A DNA stretch of 37,646 bases, taken from the sequence record SRR20825019_2074; one strand, 5' to 3'. A model generated the notes under the pieces. The model was given only the letters and a program-made list of their open reading frames with translations. It had not been told where the DNA came from and did not search any database. Both the position numbers and the translations under genes were made by a program. Positions 25,928 through 35,485 of the stretch are shown piece by piece. Every line of letters starts with the position of its first letter. Position 1 is the first letter of the stretch.

Positions 25928-28900
25928 CTATTCTTCTTCTGGAATTATGGACTCTGGAATACTGTCGGGTGCATCGATTGGAACGGAACCTTCCATGTCC
26001 GGGTCTATCGGGGGGATTGATTCATCCATTACATCCTCCTCTTCATCCACAAATTGGGAGAATTTGTCAATGTACTCATTGAAGATAATGGTTTCCGACT
26101 CTGCCAATTCCTTGTCCCCATTTTCAATCAAAATGTCAATGTTTCTACGGTAGGCCTGCATATCGGATAGGATGTCGTCTATTTTATCGTATTGCTCATC
26201 CAAAGGAATGTTGGCGTAGTATTCCAAATGTTCTTGATAGACCTTTTTGAGCTTGCCGAAAAGCTCTCGGGCTTTTTGGGTTTCGCCCACTTTATAATAG
26301 CCATCTACAAATGGTTCAACAAAGGCATAGAAATAATAATGCTCCACGGGCATGTTTTCCATGGCAATATTGATGACGTCCTTGGCCTCATCAATCTTGT
26401 TTTCTGCAATCAAGGTTTCCATCAGGCGGGCCAAATTGCTTCTAAAAGAAAGTCCCTGTGAACGCGTTTGTGGATCGTGATAGATCTCATCGCTTCCTGC
26501 ATTGCCCCATTCCCAATCCTTGACAATATCGTACATCAGATCGGTATCGATTCGGCCCATTTCAAAGGAATTTCTGTTTGGCGTTTTGATGGGGACCAAT
26601 TTGTACACAAGTCCATCGAGTTGCAGGTAATCCTTCATCCAGATGTATTCTGCACTGTCAAAACTACCTCCGGAAAAATAGATGGGGCGCTTCCAATCGT
26701 TGTTGGCGATGAGGTCCAACATCAATATCCTGTTCTTGGGAAGTGCACCGGTTGGCAGGTCAATATCGATATAATCCACGATCAAGGCAGAATCCTTCTC
26801 TTTGACAAGGCCACTTTCCAATACATTTTGTTTGTTGACAGGAATCCTGATCTTATTGGTGGGGTAGTACACAATATCCAAGGTGCTTTCGGAGTAATTG
26901 CTTAAATCTGCTCCCTGATTGGTGAGTATATGCCTGAATTTAGTTTGTGGCTTATCACTATCCACCCAATTGATGAAGTCCTTAATGTCCCACCTGTTGT
27001 CGGTAATGCCTTGGTAATAGATGGCATCCCTAGTTCCGTACCTATACTTGTCATGCGTTAATTGCGATGGAATGGCATCGCTTTCGTACGCTTTTCGCTT
27101 CATCTGGTCAATGTACCAATCTGTTGCAAAAAGGCTGGTATTGACCACACGGACGTCTGTTCTATAATTCTCGATTTCTTGGGCGTACCATATTGGGAAG
27201 GTGTCATTGTCCCCGATTGTGAACAATATGGCTCCCGCATCTTCTTTCGTGGAATCTAGATAAGCTTTTGCCGTAGCTGGGGCCGTATATCGGTCAGATC
27301 TATCATGATCGTCCCAGTTTTGATAGCCCATCAGCAATGGTACCGCCAAAAGACATATAGTTGTGATTGCCGGAGCCGCTATTTTGGACGAAACCAATTT
27401 TTTAAATTCTTCAAACAGTCCGTATACACCGATACCTATCCATATACAGAATACATAGAAGGACCCTACCAAGGAGTAATCCCTTTCCCTAGGTTGAAAG
27501 ATGTATGGGTTGGTATAAAACTGTATCGCAAGCCCCGTGAACATAAAGAACACGAAGAGCACCCAAAACTGTTTTGGGTTTCTGGAAACTTGGAAGACAA
27601 TACCTAAAATTCCGAGCAATAGCGGTAGGAAGAAATAGGTATTTCGACCCTTGTTATTTTTCCAGTCACTGGGGAGGTTTTCTTGGCTGCCCAACCGAAT
27701 ACTGTCAATAAAATTGATGCCGCTGAGCCAGTTTCCGTTTTCATCGTACCTGCCCTGCATATCATTTTGTTTTCCAACGAAATTCCACATGAAATAACGC
27801 ATGTACATATAGCTGAACTGGAAATCGAAAAGGTACTCTACGTTTTGCCAAAGGGTAGGGGGTTGCACCTCAATATATTCACCGAATTCCCTTAAAAAGC
27901 GGATATATTGTTCTGTATCCAGTTCTCCTTGCGAATAGGCTGTTTTGAATTGGTTTACCGCCTGTCGAAGATCGTTATTGGATATATATTCCGATTTTAT
28001 CTTGAATTCCAGGGCGCCAAAATATTTCATATAGTTTTCGGCGTGTTGATCGCTCCACATTCTGGGCAAAAACCCTACGTGCTTTTCGTTGGGGCCTGGA
28101 ATAGCTCCTTTGTAATGGTTTACGATAACATATTTGCCCGTTTCCAAGTCTTTTTCGTACTTCGGGCTATCATCCCTATCTTCTCCCGAAGTCGCAAAGG
28201 TGTCCGAGTAATAGGCTCCGTAAACAGGACTATCTACCCCTGGATATTGTTCCCTGTTATAGTAGGCCAGTAGCGCTCGGGCATCGGCCGGGTTGTTCTC
28301 ATTGACAACGGTTTTTGCATTTGCTCTAATGGGAAGCATCAACCAAGAAGAGAATCCTAGGATAAGGAACATCAAACAAAGTACAACAATATTGGCATTG
28401 TAATAATTGTGTTTTCGGGTGTATCTCAAACCGAAATAGAAAGCGGCCACAAATAATAGCCCCATGATGATGGATCCCGAATTAAAGGGTAGCCCAATTT
28501 CGTTTATAAAGAATACCTCGCTCCAACCAAATAGTTCCAGAACGTAGGTCAAGGAGAATTTGTAGACCAAGATGAGTACCGCTACAACAATTATGTTGGC
28601 CAATAAGAAGTTTTTAACCGTGGTGGTCTTATATTTTTTGAAATAGTAGAGCAATCCTATGGAAGGAATCGCCAAGAAGCCCATGAACTGTATACCAAAG
28701 GTAAGACCTATTACAAAAGAGATGAGCATGAGCCATCGGTGACCTCTAGGGTCTCCCAAATTATCTGTCCATTTTAGGCCCAACCAGAGCAATAATGCCA
28801 TCATAAAACTGGCCATGGCATACACCTCGGTCTCTACAGCGTTGAACCAAAAACTATCTGAAAATGTAAATGCAAGCGCTCCGACCAAACCACTGCCAAG

Positions 28901-29266
28901 TATGGCAATAGCCTTGCTATCGGTCATTTCATTCTTTTTGGCAACCAACTTTCCTGTTAAGTTGGTAATGGTCCAGAAAGTAAACAATACGGCAAAAGCA
29001 CTGGATACAATGGATACAGCATTTACCATAAGAGCTATTTTCGTAGGGTCGCCAAAGGCGAACATGGCGAAGAAGGCACCAATCATTTGCAATAATGGAG
29101 CCCCGGGCGGGTGCCCTACTTGTAACTTTGCCGAAGTGGAAATGTATTCACCTGCATCCCAAAAACTTCCTGTGGGTTCAACGGTAAGGGCATATACTAT
29201 AAACGCAATGGCGAAGGAAGTCCACCCAAGGATGGTATCCCATTTTTTGAAGTCTTTTGCAAACAT
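25928..29266 (-). CDS. DUF2723 / TMEM260-like GT-C membrane glycosyltransferase
   Basis: SFWDAGEY, GHPPGAP, WFNAVETEVY, PRERDY, FTIGDNDTFP motifs; many TM helices and a helical C-terminal domain. Confidence 0.9.
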   Translation of the reverse strand: MFAKDFKKWDTILGWTSFAIAFIVYALTVEPTGSFWDAGEYISTSAKLQVGHPPGAPLLQMIGAFFAMFAFGDPTKIALMVNAVSIVSSAFAVLFTFWTITNLTGKLVAKKNEMTDSKAIAILGSGLVGALAFTFSDSFWFNAVETEVYAMASFMMALLLWLGLKWTDNLGDPRGHRWLMLISFVIGLTFGIQFMGFLAIPSIGLLYYFKKYKTTTVKNFLLANIIVVAVLILVYKFSLTYVLELFGWSEVFFINEIGLPFNSGSIIMGLLFVAAFYFGLRYTRKHNYYNANIVVLCLMFLILGFSSWLMLPIRANAKTVVNENNPADARALLAYYNREQYPGVDSPVYGAYYSDTFATSGEDRDDSPKYEKDLETGKYVIVNHYKGAIPGPNEKHVGFLPRMWSDQHAENYMKYFGALEFKIKSEYISNNDLRQAVNQFKTAYSQGELDTEQYIRFLREFGEYIEVQPPTLWQNVEYLFDFQFSYMYMRYFMWNFVGKQNDMQGRYDENGNWLSGINFIDSIRLGSQENLPSDWKNNKGRNTYFFLPLLLGILGIVFQVSRNPKQFWVLFVFFMFTGLAIQFYTNPYIFQPRERDYSLVGSFYVFCIWIGIGVYGLFEEFKKLVSSKIAAPAITTICLLAVPLLMGYQNWDDHDRSDRYTAPATAKAYLDSTKEDAGAILFTIGDNDTFPIWYAQEIENYRTDVRVVNTSLFATDWYIDQMKRKAYESDAIPSQLTHDKYRYGTRDAIYYQGITDNRWDIKDFINWVDSDKPQTKFRHILTNQGADLSNYSESTLDIVYYPTNKIRIPVNKQNVLESGLVKEKDSALIVDYIDIDLPTGALPKNRILMLDLIANNDWKRPIYFSGGSFDSAEYIWMKDYLQLDGLVYKLVPIKTPNRNSFEMGRIDTDLMYDIVKDWEWGNAGSDEIYHDPQTRSQGLSFRSNLARLMETLIAENKIDEAKDVINIAMENMPVEHYYFYAFVEPFVDGYYKVGETQKARELFGKLKKVYQEHLEYYANIPLDEQYDKIDDILSDMQAYRRNIDILIENGDKELAESETIIFNEYIDKFSQFVDEEEDVMDESIPPIDPDMEGSVPIDAPDSIPESIIPEEE

Positions 29267-29388
29267 AAGAGTTGGTTATTAACCGAATTGTGGCGAATTT
29301 AGTAAATATAGAACAGAAGCCTAGCCCTTTTTGGAAAACCTTTAACACCCATGTTCAAGAAAAATAGCGTGTATTCTTATCAAAAATA

Positions 29389-29419
29389 TTTGTTGAAACC
29401 AAAGTTTGTTTTAAATTTG
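29389..29419 (+). promoter_or_regulatory. tRNA promoter
   Basis: TTTG (29389-29392), 19-bp spacer, TAAATTTG (29412-29419). Confidence 0.78.
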
Positions 29420-29460
29420 CACGCTCAAAAGCTGAATCAAATTTAGCTTTTATATGGTAC

Positions 29461-29532
29461 TGGCCTATGGTGTAATTGGTAACACAGCTGATTTTGGTTC
29501 AGTCGTTCAAGGTTCGAGTCCTTGTAGGCCAA
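29461..29532 (+). tRNA. tRNA-Gln (UUG), CCA not encoded
   Basis: Acceptor stem TGGCCTA/TAGGCCA, anticodon arm GCTGA-TTTTGGT-TCAGT, T arm CAAGG-TTCGAGT-CCTTG. Confidence 0.97.
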
Positions 29533-29533
29533 C

Positions 29534-29572
29534 AAAAAGCCCCTTAAATCATCGGATTTGAGGGGCTTTTTT
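29534..29572. terminator. Bidirectional terminator after tRNA-Gln
   Basis: AAAAAGCCCCTTAAATC-ATCG-GATTTGAGGGGCTTTTTT. Confidence 0.9.
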
Positions 29573-29589
29573 ATTGTTATATTTTTTGT

Positions 29590-30192
29590 TTAAACGATTT
29601 GCTTATCCATGCTGGGCATTGGCCTGTAGGTGTAATATTGCAGTACCTCCTCCAATGCCATTATCAATGCTTTGTTGATGGGCATGATTTTGGAACCCAT
29701 TTGATAATCGATTTGGTTCAGTTGCATGTAGTAATCCGTAAATACGGGGACATACATTCCCTTTGAAATTGCTTCGGAGGTGGCTTGATAATTTTCAGCC
29801 TGTTCCTCTTTGATTATTTTACAAGTGGCCAAGCGCAGATTCCCGTCCTTATCCTTGCTTGCGGCATAGCCAAAAAGCCTACAAATCAAACCTCTCTGAC
29901 TATAACTGCCACAGTGGCCCTTGCTCACTATGGAGACCGGTGTCAACAAAAAACAAGTTCGATCGTGGGACGTGTTCAAAGACTCAAGGGCTTCTTCGGC
30001 CTTACCTGATAAAAATAACTGGAATGCCCATGGTAAAAATTCCAAGGGTGATGCATCAATGTTGGGATAGGTGCAACATTTTCCACAACCGGAAACACAA
30101 CCAAGCTTCGATTTTTCCTGAAACTGTTGGGTTTCTTGCTCCAATTGACTGAATAACGCTTCAACCGATCGGACTTTCTGTTCTAGTGTCAT
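29590..30192 (-). CDS. YkgJ-family cysteine-cluster (putative Zn/Fe-S) protein
   Basis: CVSGCGKCC, CFLL, CGSYSQRGLICRLFG pattern. Confidence 0.88.
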   Translation of the reverse strand: MTLEQKVRSVEALFSQLEQETQQFQEKSKLGCVSGCGKCCTYPNIDASPLEFLPWAFQLFLSGKAEEALESLNTSHDRTCFLLTPVSIVSKGHCGSYSQRGLICRLFGYAASKDKDGNLRLATCKIIKEEQAENYQATSEAISKGMYVPVFTDYYMQLNQIDYQMGSKIMPINKALIMALEEVLQYYTYRPMPSMDKQIV

Positions 30193-30361
30193 TTATTGGA
30201 GGGCGAAGGTATATCTTATTTTGATCCATGGTGCAAATATTTTTTCAGAAAAAAGAGTGGTGCCTTCAAGGGTTGTGTCACTCAAAAAATAATTCCATAT
30301 TTGAAACATCTACGTAGCATTTATCCCAAATCTTTTATTAACCTATTAAATGCGAAAGCGT

Positions 30362-31189
30362 ATGAATGTATTGGAAAAAGCAAAGGCTGTGATAGATGGC
30401 TTTGACTTTAACGAAGAGCACATTGCCAAGTTCAACGAAAGTGCAGGAACTGAATTGAGTTCCGAAAGCCTAAAAAACTATCTTAAAAAATGGTTGCTGT
30501 ACTATCTGATCCCAGAATTAACAGCGTATGATTCTGAAGAAGAGGTGCCATTGGGAACCACCAAACTGTACGGACTTCCTCATCTGCCGGACTCGTTGGA
30601 GTTTCCTGAGGATATGATATTTGCGGGCCAGTTCAATCTAGCCGAAATTAAGCCACACGACATTTTTAATGAGACTCCCAAAGACTCTGGTATTTATTAT
30701 TTTTTCGTAGAGGTGGATGGTTTGGATTCGGAGGTGTTTTTTTATGATGGCCCTGTTGCTGATCTAAAAATAAGGGAATACCCCAATGGAGATGAATATG
30801 AACCGTCTGAAACATTAGATTTAGGGGGTAATAGTGAAGAACTTTACATGAGGTCCAGTATCATTGGATGGTGGATTGAAGCTAAAGAGAGATATGTAGG
30901 ATATGATCTAGCGACCATAATTGGGGCGGATGTTTTGAAAAGGTTGGAAGGGCTTTTACAAAAAGAAGCAGGAAGCTTCACTCTATATGATCATCTTGGC
31001 AGTCTTCCAGATGAATACTTTTTCGGAAAACCAACGTATTATCAAGGAGAGGATGGGGATACCCCTGATTTTTATCCTGGCTTTTTTAGTTTTGAACCAC
31101 CATGGCAGGAGGATTGTTTTATAAATCTTAGTGTTTGGCAGGACAAGGGGTCAAAAGGATATTATGGCGATATTGAAATAACCTGTTAG
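30362..31189 (+). CDS. DUF1963/YwqG-like protein
   Basis: TKLYGLPHLP, FAGQFNLAEI, GIYYFF, FFGKPTYYQ match the family pattern; very acidic. Start 30362 or 30350. Confidence 0.7.
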   Translation: MNVLEKAKAVIDGFDFNEEHIAKFNESAGTELSSESLKNYLKKWLLYYLIPELTAYDSEEEVPLGTTKLYGLPHLPDSLEFPEDMIFAGQFNLAEIKPHDIFNETPKDSGIYYFFVEVDGLDSEVFFYDGPVADLKIREYPNGDEYEPSETLDLGGNSEELYMRSSIIGWWIEAKERYVGYDLATIIGADVLKRLEGLLQKEAGSFTLYDHLGSLPDEYFFGKPTYYQGEDGDTPDFYPGFFSFEPPWQEDCFINLSVWQDKGSKGYYGDIEITC

Positions 31190-31213
31190 CATGTTGAAAC
31201 ATTAGGTAGCAAT

Positions 31214-31254
31214 AAAAAACCCCGCAAAGTCAAATTTGCGGGGTTTGTTTTTTT
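31214..31254. terminator. Bidirectional terminator
   Basis: AAAAAACCCCGCAAA-GTCAAA-TTTGCGGGGTTT then T-rich tail, between convergent genes. Confidence 0.88.
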
Positions 31255-31267
31255 AAATATTTTCTAA

Positions 31268-34200
31268 TCAGTTTTTGTTCACCCGGTAAGTAATTCCCCT
31301 GTTGGTGATCACTCTTCCGTTCTTCACGGTCAATGTCGCTTGATCGGAGGCTAGGGGAGTGCAGCTTCCGGACGAATTGGAAACAAGCACACGATATATG
31401 TAACTGTCTTTTGCGGAATCCGGAGTTGTAAGGGTCAGGTTTGCGCTAGATGTTCCCGTGTATTCACTTCCGTCGGCAATAGGCACAAAATTACTTCCGC
31501 CATCGGTACTTACCTGCCATTGGTAGGTGTCCACATTGCTGGCCACAACCGAAAGGTAGCCATTGTTTCCCACAACCACGGTTTGGTCGGTTGGTTGTGT
31601 GGATACGCTAAATGGTGTTACGGTAATGGTTTGCTCCACGTCCAGGGTGTTTCCTGCCGCATCGGTAATGCGATAGGTACGTGTAATGGTTTCGGGGTCG
31701 CTTCCGCCATCACTTACATCGCTCACAAAGGTCACCGTTGGATTTGGATCACAATTGTCAGCTTCGTCGGTTATTACGGTTACATCTGGTGTTGGAATAT
31801 CGGAAGCACAATTTACCGTTATTGGCGAAGGTGTACTGGAAGTTGGAGCTTCCGTTTCTACCGTTATTGTTGTTGTGGCAGCCAAATCAGGGTAAGGTGG
31901 GTCGCCTGGCATCCCCCCATACTCCACCAAATATCCTTTGGGCTGATAATCGCCGCTTGCGGCCCCCGTATTGGATAAGTCGTTCCATGAACCTGGTAGT
32001 CCTACTCCTGGAGCTGTTATATGTGCATAATCTTCATTTCCGGAATTGTTGGGTTCGCCGGAGTTCCAGAATTCATATCCAAATGCGGTTCCTCCGCCAG
32101 TGCCTCTCCAAAAGAGAGTTCCAGTTTCGGGTCCGGTTACCCAATACCAATCTCCTTCGGTCGTGGCATCACTTGCCCCTATCCATCCCGCTCCCGGTGC
32201 CTGCGAGCCCAAGAGGTCGGACTCGTCCTGAACAGAGATTGTGGCCAAATATCCCTGTAGTCCATAAAATGTTCTTAGCGCGGCCGCATCCCTGGCGGCT
32301 GTCCATGTGATTCCCTCTGCGGCCACGTATTCATAATAGTGTCCTGTCGATTCCAAATAGTTGGCCTCGTTCATTACAATGGAAAACGTCCGTGTATCCC
32401 CACCGTTTACAGTTGCGGTGGTTTGGAAAATCACACCAGCAATTGCGGCTTCAAATTCTGCCAAGGTCGCGGGTCCCTCCAAGAACAATCTTCCTTCTGA
32501 GGTGTCCCAACTAGCTGTTATGTTAGGGTGTGTTCCTGTTAAGCTCAATACATCGCCTGATACATCGTAGTTGGAAGTAATTTGAATATAAACAGCGTCC
32601 AAGGTACTACTGTCGGTATCGGTGATCTCTACGGTTTCCACCACGGGAATTGGGTCGCCTGGACAAAATGTTTGGTCTCCGGTTGCGGTTATGGATGGTG
32701 GGTCATTATCGTCAAAAGTATCGTCCCTAAAATCTAAATCCCCTCCCGAGGTAACATCACCATCAGAGTCGGGCAGCATCAAAGAGCCTCCGTTAGTGTT
32801 CAGTGGATTGTCTATGGTGCCTCCTGGGTCGGCGTATCCGGTTGTGGTGTCGATATTATTGTCCAAGCCATCATTATCGCTATCCGACCCTGAAAGTGTC
32901 AAGACTGCTTCGGTGGTGTCGGAGGTCCCATCATTGTCAGAATCCAAATCCATAAAATCAGGTGCTCCGTCCCCATCGGTATCTACGGGGGTGATTCCGC
33001 TGCTTTCGTAGGCGTCGTCTAGTCCGTTGTTATTGGCATCTATTCCCGAAGGTGCTATATAGTTTAAAGATGTTTGAGCCTCCACATTGTCCGGTATGCC
33101 ATCTCCGTCACTGTCCAAATCCTGATAGTTTGGAATACCATCACCATCTGTGTCAACCGTTGTGCAATCAACCGCGCCACCGTAGCTTGCACCATGGACA
33201 CGAGCTCTGGTTTGATAGGCTATTACCCTAAAGGATTGAAAATTACTTTGTGATACATTAAAAGTTATTTCGGTAATCGACCCAGAGGGAATTGCGGTGG
33301 CATCAGCTAAGTAAGTGCCATTGGAATATTGGATTTGCATATCCGAAGTGCCCGAGGCTGCCGATAAAAACACGCTAACAGTAGTCCCTATTGGAATTGG
33401 GTTGGCAAACTGAAATGATATAATGGATTGATCTTCATAGGTAGATGTGGAGTTATAGGCATATGAGGTGCCTGGGTTACCTTCCGCATTGGATGGGTCT
33501 CTAAAATATTGAACGTTGGTCGCTGTTTGCACAAAATTCCCTGAGACTCCTCCACATTCATCAACATCCAAAATACCGTCATTGTCGTCATCGACATCAG
33601 CTGTATCAGGTACACCATCACCATCAAGGTCGGCACTACTTGCGCTACATGTTGAATATAATTTGGAAAAAGGGATGTTCTGTTTTGAAATGGACGGACC
33701 TTGATATGCTACAGATAGATTTTCTCCTCCTCCATTTTCAAAGAATAGCACGGTGATATCGTGAAGTCCGGGTGATAAGGTTATGGTTCCCGAACGTTCT
33801 TGGGAGCCATGTGCGCCATCGTTGTTCACTACCTGGGCCCCGTCGATGTATAATTTGGAGCCATCATCTGAAGTCGTGTAAAATGTGTAGCTTCCCTGTG
33901 TATCTATTTGGATGAATCCCGTGTACCTAATGCTAAAGTTATCGGTATCTCCTGGGTCTTCTTGATTTTGAAGCGCATCTACATCAAAACTAGTATAAGT
34001 ACCGGATCCGAGATATCCCGATATTGGGATGTTGTCCACAGTGCTTCCGGAAGGTGAACTGTCGTAAAATTCAAAGTCAACCTCACCATTACAAATGCCG
34101 GAGATTCCCTTCACAGCTGCATTATCTATAAAATATTGCTCGCTATTATTGTCGTTGTCCATTCTAACCCTAATCTCTAAGGTGGAGTTGGCAGTGCTGG

Positions 34201-34666
34201 AAAATCCAAACCCATATGAAGAGTTTAAAGGATCGGAATTTGAACCGGATGCATTTACAAATTGTTGCCAAGAACCTCCATCAACCCGGTATTCGCCAAT
34301 CATATAATCACTTCCATTTTCCATATCATTTGGGTCATCCACCCAGGTGTCCATGCTAAAACCAATATAGTCGTATCCGGTAATGTCAATGGGGTTGACC
34401 TGCCAGGTCCGCCCTGCATCCAGATTTCTACCTCTTAACGAATTGTTTATTACCGACAACTTATTTCCTCCATTGGTAGTCCATGACGATAAAGAAGGTC
34501 CAGTAGCTGTTCCATTTTCTGTCCCATTTCCATATGTGAAGTTTTCGCTCCAAATAGTGGTCTGTGAAAATGAAAGAAAGGTTCCCAACAAGAAAAATGC
34601 CAATAGTAGCATCCATCCACTGGGAAAATGATTCATCTTTTTATTAAAGAACGAGGTTGTGCCCAT
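31268..34666 (-). CDS. Large secreted adhesin-like protein: PA14, Ca-binding DxDxDG repeats, C-type lectin, HYR-like and Ig-like domains
   Basis: Signal peptide ending FSFSQ; PA14 DNFSIRYTG...[10 protein letters not shown]; repeated DxDGDGIPD; CTLD GHYYE...WIGASD...EPNN...[25 protein letters not shown]...YQWQ...YRVLV. Start could be 34636. Confidence 0.88.
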   Translation of the reverse strand: MGTTSFFNKKMNHFPSGWMLLLAFFLLGTFLSFSQTTIWSENFTYGNGTENGTATGPSLSSWTTNGGNKLSVINNSLRGRNLDAGRTWQVNPIDITGYDYIGFSMDTWVDDPNDMENGSDYMIGEYRVDGGSWQQFVNASGSNSDPLNSSYGFGFSSTANSTLEIRVRMDNDNNSEQYFIDNAAVKGISGICNGEVDFEFYDSSPSGSTVDNIPISGYLGSGTYTSFDVDALQNQEDPGDTDNFSIRYTGFIQIDTQGSYTFYTTSDDGSKLYIDGAQVVNNDGAHGSQERSGTITLSPGLHDITVLFFENGGGENLSVAYQGPSISKQNIPFSKLYSTCSASSADLDGDGVPDTADVDDDNDGILDVDECGGVSGNFVQTATNVQYFRDPSNAEGNPGTSYAYNSTSTYEDQSIISFQFANPIPIGTTVSVFLSAASGTSDMQIQYSNGTYLADATAIPSGSITEITFNVSQSNFQSFRVIAYQTRARVHGASYGGAVDCTTVDTDGDGIPNYQDLDSDGDGIPDNVEAQTSLNYIAPSGIDANNNGLDDAYESSGITPVDTDGDGAPDFMDLDSDNDGTSDTTEAVLTLSGSDSDNDGLDNNIDTTTGYADPGGTIDNPLNTNGGSLMLPDSDGDVTSGGDLDFRDDTFDDNDPPSITATGDQTFCPGDPIPVVETVEITDTDSSTLDAVYIQITSNYDVSGDVLSLTGTHPNITASWDTSEGRLFLEGPATLAEFEAAIAGVIFQTTATVNGGDTRTFSIVMNEANYLESTGHYYEYVAAEGITWTAARDAAALRTFYGLQGYLATISVQDESDLLGSQAPGAGWIGASDATTEGDWYWVTGPETGTLFWRGTGGGTAFGYEFWNSGEPNNSGNEDYAHITAPGVGLPGSWNDLSNTGAASGDYQPKGYLVEYGGMPGDPPYPDLAATTTITVETEAPTSSTPSPITVNCASDIPTPDVTVITDEADNCDPNPTVTFVSDVSDGGSDPETITRTYRITDAAGNTLDVEQTITVTPFSVSTQPTDQTVVVGNNGYLSVVASNVDTYQWQVSTDGGSNFVPIADGSEYTGTSSANLTLTTPDSAKDSYIYRVLVSNSSGSCTPLASDQATLTVKNGRVITNRGITYRVNKN

Positions 34667-34686
34667 GTATTTATTTCAATCTTGCA

Positions 34687-34716
34687 CAAAATTAACTGGT
34701 GCACAGAGGCTTCAAA
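34687..34716 (-). promoter_or_regulatory. Promoter of the adhesin gene
   Basis: Minus strand TTTG (34716-34713), 18-bp spacer, TAATTTTG (34694-34687). Confidence 0.6.
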
Positions 34717-34904
34717 ATATTTGTTGTGAACGGTTGTAAAAGGAGTGTTAACATGGTGATATATGGAGAATGGCATGTTTTGTGGTCAAACTATATGGTT
34801 CGTTTGAATGAGATGTACGGGTTCGCATGCACCTTTCTTTATGATTTGTATAAGTTAATACATTGAAAAATAGATAGGGACAACTTATTTTTGTTCGGGG
34901 AGGG

Positions 34905-34937
34905 GTTGCACATGCGATATTATTTGTTGTATATTTG
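34905..34937 (+). promoter_or_regulatory. rimP-nusA-infB promoter
   Basis: GTTG (34905-34908), 21-bp spacer, TATATTTG (34930-34937). Confidence 0.7.
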
Positions 34938-34966
34938 CAAAACTGAACGGATATAAAAGTATTCAT

Positions 34967-34992
34967 GAGGGGACCTTGAGTCCCCTCTTTTA
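34967..34992 (+). promoter_or_regulatory. rimP leader attenuator hairpin
   Basis: GAGGGGAC-CTTGA-GTCCCCTC then TTTT, in the 5' UTR of rimP, where a short terminator-like leader is known in many bacteria. Confidence 0.75.
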
Positions 34993-35011
34993 TTACTTAT
35001 TTCTCATTTTT

Positions 35012-35473
35012 ATGTTGAAGGATAAAGTGGAATCGTTGCTGGGCAAGGCGTTGGAAGAGCACTCTTCCTTGTTCTTGGTAGATTTTAAAATGGGCAGCGA
35101 CAACAGTATCAAAGTGGTTTTGGATGGTGATGAAGGGGTGAGTCTGCAAGACTGTATGAACATTAGTAGGGCCATTGAACATAATTTGGATCGCGAGGAA
35201 GAGGATTTTTCCTTGGAGGTTACATCGGCCGGAGCTACTTCGCCGTTAAGGTTGCCCCGTCAGTACAATAAAAATGTTGGAAGAAAATTACAGGTCAAGA
35301 CCACCTCTGGGCAATTGGAGGGTACATTGGTAGCGACCTCGACAGATAGCATTACCTTGGAGTGGAAGGCTCGTGAGCCCAAACCCGTGGGTAAAGGAAA
35401 AGTTACAGTACAGAAAAAGCAGGAAATCGCCTTTTCTGACATTCAAGAGGCAAAAGTTAAATTAAAATTTTAA
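35012..35473 (+). CDS. rimP: Ribosome maturation factor RimP
   Basis: DGDEGVSLQDC, FSLEVTSAG, RQYNKNVGR; ATG at 35012; first gene of the nusA-infB operon. Confidence 0.95.
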   Translation: MLKDKVESLLGKALEEHSSLFLVDFKMGSDNSIKVVLDGDEGVSLQDCMNISRAIEHNLDREEEDFSLEVTSAGATSPLRLPRQYNKNVGRKLQVKTTSGQLEGTLVATSTDSITLEWKAREPKPVGKGKVTVQKKQEIAFSDIQEAKVKLKF

Positions 35474-35485
35474 TTGTAGTAGAAA

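Noticed and set aside
32740-33630. Recurrent GTC/ATC-rich DNA pattern
   Set aside because: Explained by the coding DxDxDG repeats of the adhesin.
29461-34700. Genomic island integrated at tRNA-Gln
   Set aside because: No integrase and no duplicate of the tRNA 3' end seen; the tRNA's terminator is directly adjacent.
34976-35011. Longer RimP N-terminus from a TTG start
   Set aside because: It overlaps the leader hairpin; ATG at 35012 is the more plausible start.
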